Part shown: positions 40,891 to 48,604 of the stretch, piece by piece
Layout: each line of letters opens with the position of its first letter
Position numbering within the stretch: the first letter of the stretch is position 1
Assembly: GCA_016839555.1 (NCBI GenBank)
Contig: JAEOUA010000003.1
Location: forward strand, 320,001-384,000
Source: Promethearchaeota archaeon
Lineage (GTDB): Archaea > Asgardarchaeota > Lokiarchaeia > Sigyniarchaeales > SOKP01
Length of the DNA: 64,000 nucleotides
Reading direction: 5' to 3'
Made by a program: the position numbers and the translations under genes
The notes under the pieces: model-generated
Databases searched by the model: none
What the model was told of the DNA's origin: nothing
Seen by the model: the letters and a program-made list of their open reading frames with translations, nothing else

Positions 40891-41394
40891 TTATTTAAGT
40901 TTTCCTCCACACACATCACAGAACTCTTTATCATCTTGATTCGGTTCTAATGGAACTCCACAGTGAGGGCAGACCTTTATCGATTCACTTACTTTTTCAT
41001 TTTCAGGGACATAATCAAATTGGAGGTCCGCGTCATCAGGAATAATCAATATTTTATACTCTTTTCCACATTTTTTACAGACAGTATCTTCCATATTCAT
41101 AATATTCCCACAATTAGAGCATCTTTTAAGTAATTTTAATCCACAGTTTGGACATTTCTCTGCATAAATGCTCACTCGGGTATTACACTGAGGACACCTC
41201 TTATCTGGTCTAAAGAAAAACCCTAAAACAGCCTGAATGCAGATTATTGTCGCAATTTCTAAAGGAACAAGAATTCTCCAATTTATATCAAAATAAAAAA
41301 CTCCTAATAATACTAGAGGAGTAAAAGAAAATAATGTGAGAAGTAAGATTAAGAATCTTGTTTTTATTTCGAGCCGACGTTTTCTATTATTCAT
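40891..41394 (-). CDS. Two-TM membrane protein with three zinc ribbons (double zinc ribbon type)
   Basis: Six CxxC pairs after two TM helices. Confidence 0.8.
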   Translation of the reverse strand: MNNRKRRLEIKTRFLILLLTLFSFTPLVLLGVFYFDINWRILVPLEIATIICIQAVLGFFFRPDKRCPQCNTRVSIYAEKCPNCGLKLLKRCSNCGNIMNMEDTVCKKCGKEYKILIIPDDADLQFDYVPENEKVSESIKVCPHCGVPLEPNQDDKEFCDVCGGKLK

Positions 41395-41495
41395 AACTTG
41401 AATTTTTAAATTTTTCTTACTCTTTAATTTATTAAATGGTAACCAACAAATAAATAATTGCTAATCCACTTATTCTTTTTTTTGAGATAATATGA

Positions 41496-41672
41496 TTATT
41501 TAAGCTCAATTTCATCCTTTTCCAATTTAACTCCACAATAAGGGCAGGTATCTCTTTCTTGATCTTCTGGGCTTAATTTTTCGCCACATGCAAAACAAAA
41601 TTTTACTTTTGTCCCAAATTGGAAATTTTTTTCTGATTCCTTCTTTTTTTGATTATCATCAAGATTACTCAT
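41496..41672 (-). CDS. 58-aa zinc-ribbon protein missed by the ORF track
   Basis: MSNLDDNQKKKESEKNFQFGTKVKFCFACGEKLSPEDQERDTCPYCGVKLEKDEIELK*. Confidence 0.75.
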   Translation of the reverse strand: MSNLDDNQKKKESEKNFQFGTKVKFCFACGEKLSPEDQERDTCPYCGVKLEKDEIELK

Positions 41673-41848
41673 AGGAGAATAAAGAAATAAAATTATAAAT
41701 AAAATAATAGGAGTCCAATCATTATTTATTAGGAAAAATGCTAAAATTTAAGAAAAAAGATATCTAGATCTATATACAAGATAATATATAAATAGCAAAC
41801 GATTTAAAATAATATTAATAAAAATTTTAATAATGGAGGTAAAAAATA

Positions 41849-42049
41849 ATGCCCGGTTCTCATGGAAGTTTAACTAAGGCTGGAAAAGTGAAGATGCAAA
41901 CTCCAAAAGTTGTAAGAACGGGAGTAAATTCAACTCCAAAAAAGCCACCAAGAATGCGGTATCGAGACTTATACAAAAAACGTTTTGTAAAGGGAAAATA
42001 CGGCGGGCAGCCAGATAGTATAGGAGCTAAGCGAAGCAAATTTAGCTAA
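41849..42049 (+). CDS. rps30e: 30S ribosomal protein S30e
   Basis: SHGSLTKAGKVKMQTPKV; GGAGGT SD; no ubiquitin-like fusion. Confidence 0.95.
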   Translation: MPGSHGSLTKAGKVKMQTPKVVRTGVNSTPKKPPRMRYRDLYKKRFVKGKYGGQPDSIGAKRSKFS

Positions 42050-42193
42050 TTTGGCTAAAAGGGAGAATCTTCATTTTTCATTTATTTCAATTTTTTATTA
42101 TTTCAAAGTTATTTTTTATTGAGAATAAATTCTGATTGTCGTTTTGATTTTAGACACTTTGCACGAAAATTTTTAATTTTTCTTGCTGTAACT

Positions 42194-44074
42194 TTATTCT
42201 ATATTTAAAATTATTTCTAATTGCCGTTCTAATTTTCGGCTCTCTTTTAGATAATATGAAGCTTTTTCATTGTTTTTTATTAATAAGTTAAAAAACGCAC
42301 TCATTAATTTATTCCATCTTATGGATTTTTTAATACCTGAGATTGTGTCTGTATGTAAAAAGCGTTTTGTTTGACTGAGATAAAAATTAGCATTCTTTGA
42401 ACTTTTTCGGTGATGAATATAATATTCTGAAAGTTCCAAGAATAAATCTGCTACAAGTTCATGGTATTCGTGGCTGATGCGATCAATCTCAATATTTTTT
42501 ACGCTCATAATAAGCATTTTTTGAGCTTGAGACAATTTTCCAACTTTTTTATAATATTTAGCACGGAGTAAATGATAATTTAATTTAAGTTTAATTGAAT
42601 TTTTTGCTAATTCAAATGCTTTTTTAAAAGTTTCGATAGATTTAGAAATCTCTTCCGATTGTTGATAAATTAATCCCAAGTAGATATAACATAGTCCTAA
42701 ATATTCATTCTTATTTGGGAAAACCAAATTCTTAGTTTCGATAAAATTGGTAATAATTTCAAAATAACTCTTCGCAATAGGAAGGAATTCTAATTCAAAA
42801 TGAATTCTTCCTAATTCATAATGAATCTTTACGATATATGAAACGGGAACCTTTCCTGATTTGGCAATCGAAAGTGCATTTTTGAGATAATTTATTGCAA
42901 CTTCCTTTTGATTTAGAGTGAGGGCAATATCTTTTAATAATAATAAGATTGTGACTACAGCTTTTTTCTGTTTATATTTATTAAATGTCTTGAGAGCTTT
43001 TGTCAAAATATTATTAGCTTCTTTTAGTTTATAATTATTTATTAATTCTTCGGCTTTTGTTAAATAATTTAAATTTTCTATAACTTTAAAATTATTAGGT
43101 GGAGAATTTAATAAATTATGGTGAATAAGATAAAGTTGCTTAGCGATTAAGCTTTCATAATGAAGGGCAGAGAAGGGAAAATTATTTTGTTCGTCAACAA
43201 AATTTTTAGTATCTAATTCTCTTTTTGGATCAAAAGATCTCAATACCCGAGTATTGATTTCCATTTGGTCAATACCATCTAATATAGAATTCAAACTTAA
43301 TCGACTAAATTTTACCCAATTTGTTGATAAATCACATATTAAATCATCTGAATTATATAATGCTTGAATGATATATGGAGTATAACTTTCAAAAAAGGAT
43401 CTAATATAGAATTTTTTATATATAAAATCTTTAAAATAAGTGAAAAATCCTTTCTCTAATATAAAAAACTCATCAATAGGCTCATTCGTAGAAAAGAACA
43501 ATGTTTCAGAAGTCCGCAATTTTGGAATCCCCTTTTCTAATTCCCACGGTAATTGAAATGTAGGCTCTAAACTGCTCTTTTGTAACTCATTATTAATGAT
43601 ATTTATTGTGCTTTCTTTTAAATGTTTTAACTCACTTCGCTTATTCATAAGCGATATGCGAATTCTATTAATCCACGCATTCTCTTTTTCATCATTTATT
43701 ACTTCTGGAATAATTAAATTTAGTAATTCAACTAATTGCTTTTTTTTATCGCTAATTGGTAATTCAATGTTCAAAGAAACTTGCTCACCAAAAGATTCTA
43801 ATGATCCCATCAATTTCTTTAAAAATTCAAGCATATTTTTATCCAAATTCCAAAATTTGAACGCGACTGAAATTTTAAAATTTAGGATTTCAAAAGGAAC
43901 ATTGAATTTCAAGGGAAGATAAATGGGAATTTTTACTGTAAATAAGAAGGTTTTATTCTGCTTAAAACTATAGCGATAGTTATTTTCAACAACACCCTTA
44001 ATGGACCACCCATTTTCTTTCATGAGATTGTGCAATTTTTGAATCTCATTTAGCGATAACAGCGTGTATGACAT
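42194..44074 (-). CDS. Hypothetical protein with C-terminal TPR repeats
   Basis: TPR-like AINYLKNAL, HYELGRIH..AKSYF and YIYLGLIY..FKKAFEL; uncharacterised N-terminal half. Confidence 0.7.
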   Translation of the reverse strand: MSYTLLSLNEIQKLHNLMKENGWSIKGVVENNYRYSFKQNKTFLFTVKIPIYLPLKFNVPFEILNFKISVAFKFWNLDKNMLEFLKKLMGSLESFGEQVSLNIELPISDKKKQLVELLNLIIPEVINDEKENAWINRIRISLMNKRSELKHLKESTINIINNELQKSSLEPTFQLPWELEKGIPKLRTSETLFFSTNEPIDEFFILEKGFFTYFKDFIYKKFYIRSFFESYTPYIIQALYNSDDLICDLSTNWVKFSRLSLNSILDGIDQMEINTRVLRSFDPKRELDTKNFVDEQNNFPFSALHYESLIAKQLYLIHHNLLNSPPNNFKVIENLNYLTKAEELINNYKLKEANNILTKALKTFNKYKQKKAVVTILLLLKDIALTLNQKEVAINYLKNALSIAKSGKVPVSYIVKIHYELGRIHFELEFLPIAKSYFEIITNFIETKNLVFPNKNEYLGLCYIYLGLIYQQSEEISKSIETFKKAFELAKNSIKLKLNYHLLRAKYYKKVGKLSQAQKMLIMSVKNIEIDRISHEYHELVADLFLELSEYYIHHRKSSKNANFYLSQTKRFLHTDTISGIKKSIRWNKLMSAFFNLLIKNNEKASYYLKESRKLERQLEIILNIE

Positions 44075-44233
44075 AATTTTCTTATAAATTTAAATCATTA
44101 TTTAGTTTCTGAAAAAATTGGTTTACTCTAGTTTTAAATTCATAAATGATTTTATGATCATTATATAATATAATGGAAGTATAATCTTATTAGTTTGACT
44201 TAATTTGAAGTTGAATATAAGGTTTGACCCCCT

Positions 44234-44953
44234 ATGGATATCTCAAAATTTAATCAAGCTCTAAGTATATTAGTCAATAAAGCAAAAAGATATGAAAGAG
44301 CAGGAAATTTAGAAGAAGCAATAGAAGCATGGCTAAGAGTTTCAGAATTCACTCTCAGAACCTCAAAAATGAGAGATTTAGATAGTTCTTATCGAAATAT
44401 GTTAATTTCAAGAACCGAGGGGATCATTAATAAAATAAAAATCTTAAAAGCGGAACTTAATAAACCCAAAATTGAAGAACCTTCAATTGATAAAGCTGAA
44501 ACTTCAATATTGACCCAAGAAGAGCTCCCTCCACCTGAAGAAACACACTCAGAAGAAAAAACCCAACTAAAACAAAAAGTGACGACGCTCGGTCCTACCA
44601 AGATATCTAAACAAATTCATAAGGCAAAGGGTTCTTCTGAAATGGATCTTAGATCAGAAGTGGCATCTCCAGAAAATGTTGAAGTGATTGAAGAATCAGA
44701 ATTTAAAAATTTACCTAATGGTGTTAAACAAATAAAACCTTCCAAAGATTTTGAGGTTTTGACTCCTTTTGACTCCGAGTTAGTCAAAAGACGACTCGGT
44801 GAAGATATAAATTTGAGTGGAGTTAAAGGTCAAGAAAATACTGAAGCTGATGAAATAAGTAAAAAGCGTAAGATCATTTGTCCCTTATGTGGGGAAGTAA
44901 ATTCCGCAGATAGAGAGATATGTAAGAATTGTGGGACAAAGTTAAAGAATTAA
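44234..44953 (+). CDS. MIT-like three-helix domain + disordered linker + RanBP2/NZF-like zinc finger
   Basis: AKRYERAGNLEEAIEAW..RTEGIINKIKILK; C-terminal C-x2-C-x3-N-x6-C-x2-C. Confidence 0.7.
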   Translation: MDISKFNQALSILVNKAKRYERAGNLEEAIEAWLRVSEFTLRTSKMRDLDSSYRNMLISRTEGIINKIKILKAELNKPKIEEPSIDKAETSILTQEELPPPEETHSEEKTQLKQKVTTLGPTKISKQIHKAKGSSEMDLRSEVASPENVEVIEESEFKNLPNGVKQIKPSKDFEVLTPFDSELVKRRLGEDINLSGVKGQENTEADEISKKRKIICPLCGEVNSADREICKNCGTKLKN

Positions 44954-44974
44954 AAAAAATATACTGTTTCGAAT

Positions 44975-46414
44975 TCATTGCTCATAGGTATTATGGTACC
45001 AATCTTCGAAATCTTCGAAGCGGTCAGAATGAAATTCTGTTAGTAAATTGTTATTTGCATCATTTTTAATTTTTTCAAACAATTGGTCGCAAATATCGGG
45101 ATTTTCTTGTGCAATATTATTTTGCCAGTTAGGATCTTGTGTAAGATCAAATAATTTCTGTTCTGTTTTATGATTTCCCGTAATTAATGCATATTCATCA
45201 TCTTTAAAAAGAGTCCAGAGGGCCATCCCACACGTGATATAATCTCTATCTTCCAAAGCATAATATTTATCATCCAGGAATACAGATAAATCATGACCTT
45301 CTAATTTTTTTGGAATATCTTTGTCAAGAAAGCCAAAAATCGTCGGCAATATGTCAATATCATATATATAAGAACTTTTCACTCGTATTGGACCATTAAT
45401 TTGTTCTGGGGGTTTAATCATAAAGGGTATATCTACTAATTCAGGGAACATGTACTGGGGGACCTTTCCCACTGAACCATGTTCGCCGAAATTATGCCCA
45501 TGATCGCTAATAAAGAATATTAGTGAATCATCATACAGATCTAATTGTTTTAACTCATTAATGAATACTCCAAACCAATGATCACAGAGAGAAACTTCTC
45601 CAGCATAACACGCTTTCATGCTTTCTAATTCCTCTTTAGTGATTAAATCCACACTATTTCCATAAATAGGTTGGATTATTTTATTTCCTAAATAGGATTT
45701 ATCTTTGTAGAGCTCATAATATTTATCTGGTGGATCCCAAGGTTCATGCGGGTCAAATTCATCTACTACACATAGATAATTATTAACATTTTTATTTAAT
45801 TTTGCTGATTCAACAGCCTTTTGGAACGTTTTTGCTGGCATATAATCTTCTTCTGATTTGTAATATTGGGTATTTTTAAAATATTTCTTAAGTAAGATTT
45901 TTTGCAGTTGTACTTCATAATAATTTTCTTCCGTTCGTTCAGGGACATGATTTTTAATAATTTCTCTTAATTTTGATTTACTTGCCTTCCATGTTGGTAT
46001 ATATTTATCATATTCATGCCCTCTAATCAGGTGCCATTCATCGAAACCCAAATGGAAATTCATACAGGGTTTATATTGATGATAAGTACTTGTTATAAAA
46101 GAACTAATATATCCAAAAGCATGTAAATATTCCGAAAGATGCTTTTGATTATGCGGAATGGGAGTCCATCCCGGTGCTTCTACAAAATCATCACTCCTAA
46201 AGTTTAAATCTTTATCAAAAGGAAAGGTTCTTATGCCTGTGTGAATTGCCCTACGTACTGGTATTGTTGGTAAAGCTTCGGGATATGCTTTATCGAATAC
46301 TAAACAATCATTCGCAAATTCATCAAAATTAGGTGTTTGTATCCAATCATTGCCATAGGTCTTTCCGGTGTGGTCCTTTCTAAGAGTATCAAGTATAATA
46401 AGAAATATTTTCAT
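44975..46414 (-). CDS. Sulfatase-like alkaline phosphatase superfamily hydrolase with Thr at the nucleophile position
   Basis: LDTLRKDH, PTIPVRRAIHTG, FDPHEPW, ISDHG. Confidence 0.85.
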   Translation of the reverse strand: MKIFLIILDTLRKDHTGKTYGNDWIQTPNFDEFANDCLVFDKAYPEALPTIPVRRAIHTGIRTFPFDKDLNFRSDDFVEAPGWTPIPHNQKHLSEYLHAFGYISSFITSTYHQYKPCMNFHLGFDEWHLIRGHEYDKYIPTWKASKSKLREIIKNHVPERTEENYYEVQLQKILLKKYFKNTQYYKSEEDYMPAKTFQKAVESAKLNKNVNNYLCVVDEFDPHEPWDPPDKYYELYKDKSYLGNKIIQPIYGNSVDLITKEELESMKACYAGEVSLCDHWFGVFINELKQLDLYDDSLIFFISDHGHNFGEHGSVGKVPQYMFPELVDIPFMIKPPEQINGPIRVKSSYIYDIDILPTIFGFLDKDIPKKLEGHDLSVFLDDKYYALEDRDYITCGMALWTLFKDDEYALITGNHKTEQKLFDLTQDPNWQNNIAQENPDICDQLFEKIKNDANNNLLTEFHSDRFEDFEDWYHNTYEQ

Positions 46415-46556
46415 TTATTTTCTATTTATTATTTCTGGTTAAATATTTTCTATAATATATATTAAAATAAGTTTTAAAATAATTTTAAACTTCTAGTTCA
46501 TTAGAAATAATCTAGAAAAAGTCAATCATATTATTTGTAATGTCATTTAATTAATT

Positions 46557-47354
46557 ATGATTATCGAATTATTAGTAATTGGGAATGAAATTCTTATCGG
46601 TAAAACGCAAGATACTAATTCTAATTGGATTGTTAAAAGAATTGCGAAATACGGGCATAAAACACGGAGAATTACTGTGATTGGAGATGAGATTGAGGAA
46701 ATTTCTTCAGCAATTCAAGAAATTTTAAACCGTAAACCAGATATGATTATTACTTGCGGTGGACTTGGCCCCACATTTGATGACATGACTAATGAAGCGG
46801 TAGCAAAAGGATTAGGACGGAAATTAGTATTAAATGAACATGCTTATAATAGTATTAAAAAAGCATATAAACGAGCTTATGAACAAGGAATTGTAAAACT
46901 TGATGGAATGACTAAAGAGAGGGAGAAAATGGCATATATGCCTGATGGGTCAACACCACTGCCAAATACTAAGGGAACCGCACCAGGAGTAAAAATAAAG
47001 CAAAATAAAATTAATATTTATATCTTGCCGGGTGTTCCTAATGAAATGAAAACAATATTTAGAAATGTTATTTTGCCCATTTTAAAGGATAAACAAGGAA
47101 AATTCTATCAAAAAGGATTTATTTTTTCCGGGATTGGAGAATCTCATATCGCTCCGTATGTGACTGAACTCGAGGAGAAATATCCAGATCTCTGGATAAA
47201 AACACACCCACGAATTGGTCTTTCTGTTGAAGTGGAAATCTCCATCACCTGTTTTGATAAAGACACTTGTGAAGAAAATATTAATAAAGCATTAAAAAAG
47301 CTAAAACAGATAGTTAAAGAATTAGATGGAAAAATAATTAAACAAAATACTTAA
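46557..47354 (+). CDS. CinA-like molybdopterin-binding domain protein (archaeal, no PncC domain)
   Basis: IGNEILIGKTQDTN, GGLGPTFDDMT, GTAPG, LPGVPNEM, GIGES. Confidence 0.9.
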   Translation: MIIELLVIGNEILIGKTQDTNSNWIVKRIAKYGHKTRRITVIGDEIEEISSAIQEILNRKPDMIITCGGLGPTFDDMTNEAVAKGLGRKLVLNEHAYNSIKKAYKRAYEQGIVKLDGMTKEREKMAYMPDGSTPLPNTKGTAPGVKIKQNKINIYILPGVPNEMKTIFRNVILPILKDKQGKFYQKGFIFSGIGESHIAPYVTELEEKYPDLWIKTHPRIGLSVEVEISITCFDKDTCEENINKALKKLKQIVKELDGKIIKQNT

Positions 47355-47357
47355 AAT

Positions 47358-47431
47358 ATGATGGCACCTCGCAGGTGAAAATTTCAATAAGCAATCGCTT
47401 CAAGCGTTTGTGCTTATATCATTAACATCAT
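47358..47431 (-). promoter_or_regulatory. Eukaryote-like SECIS element in the selD 3' UTR
   Basis: Minus strand: AUGA(47422-47419)-UAUAAGCA-CAAA-CGC-UUGAA-GCG-AU-UGCUUAU-UGA. It has a kink-turn AUGA/GA core, an upper stem, an unpaired AAA and an apical mini-stem. Confidence 0.85.
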
Positions 47432-48462
47432 TAATAATTTGAAATTTCTATGTTTTCGATTTCTTTAGATATTCTTATTTCTCCCGGTGTTTTATCATCG
47501 ATTTCACCAACGATCCAGTTTGAAATCTTCTTAGTTGAAAGAGCATTCGAAAATTCTTCGACTTTTTCTGAATCAATAGCCATTAACATTCCACCAGCAG
47601 TTTCATGTGCTATACATTCATCAAAAGCATATCCCAATTCATCCGAAAGATCTTTCGAGAGTTTAATCGAAGGAGTTTTGGTTATTATCCCCGAAAGTTT
47701 AGAATGCTGGAGCATTTCTTTAGCATGCCCAGCAAGACCAAATCCTGTAACATCTGACATTGCATGCACAAACGAAAAGTCATTAAATGAATGGATAGTC
47801 CTGATAACATCTTGATTTGGTGTGGTCATAATTTTTATAGCAATATCAATGGAGTTTTGTAGTTCTGTTCTCGAATAATTTTCTAATAATTCCGGCATAT
47901 CCTTTAAAATTCTATAAGCAGCCATTATAGCTTGCAAACCTATAGGTTTTGTAAGGATTAGCTTATCTCCTTTTTTTACTCCACTTTTTCTTATAATTGT
48001 ATCTTTATGTGCTATTCCTGAAGCTTCTCCTCCTATTAATGGCCAATCACAATAAATCGTGTGTCCCCCCACTACTTCTGATCCCACTTTATTTTCCATA
48101 AAATATTTTATCCCCCGAAGAATTCCTTCTGATATATAACTAGGAGTAGTGGTAGTAACTGCTAAAAAAATCAGCATACCACCATTAATATCTAGCACAT
48201 TCATGGCAAAAATATCGTTTGTTACATTGCAAGCTGCTATTTCACCTTGAATTTCTGGCTCATCAACAATAGGGGTAAAAATATCTAAATTTTTCACCAG
48301 AACTAATTCCGTCCCTTTTATGGGAATTACCGCCGCATCATCAATATCACCATATAGCCCCGTTTTAATTAAAAGTTCTTCCAAGTTGGATGCACCTAAT
48401 TTACATGATCATCCATGTATTTTAACCATTGAGGTTAATCTATATTCTTCTTTTGCTTTCAT
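47431..48462 (-). CDS. selD: Selenide, water dikinase (selenophosphate synthetase), selenoprotein with Sec18
   Basis: ATG at 48462 gives MKAKEEYRLTSMVKIHG-UGA-SCKLG, in frame with the ORF-track segment (DDAAV, DIFTP, GGHT, LTKPIG, DVTGFGL, ETAGG). UGA is at 48411-48409. Confidence 0.93.
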
Positions 48463-48604
48463 CACCCACAGCCTTCATTCTTTTTAAATTTATGATTTTC
48501 CTATTTTAAAGAATATAAGATTATATAAAATATTAATGTTTTCGATAAATTAATCGAAGAGATCGATAAATAAATAAAGAAATTATTTTATTTGTAAAAA
48601 AAAT

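Noticed and set aside
41849-42049. Ubiquitin-like fusion to S30e (as in eukaryotic FAU)
   Set aside because: The gene starts at its own SD and ATG with no upstream in-frame domain.
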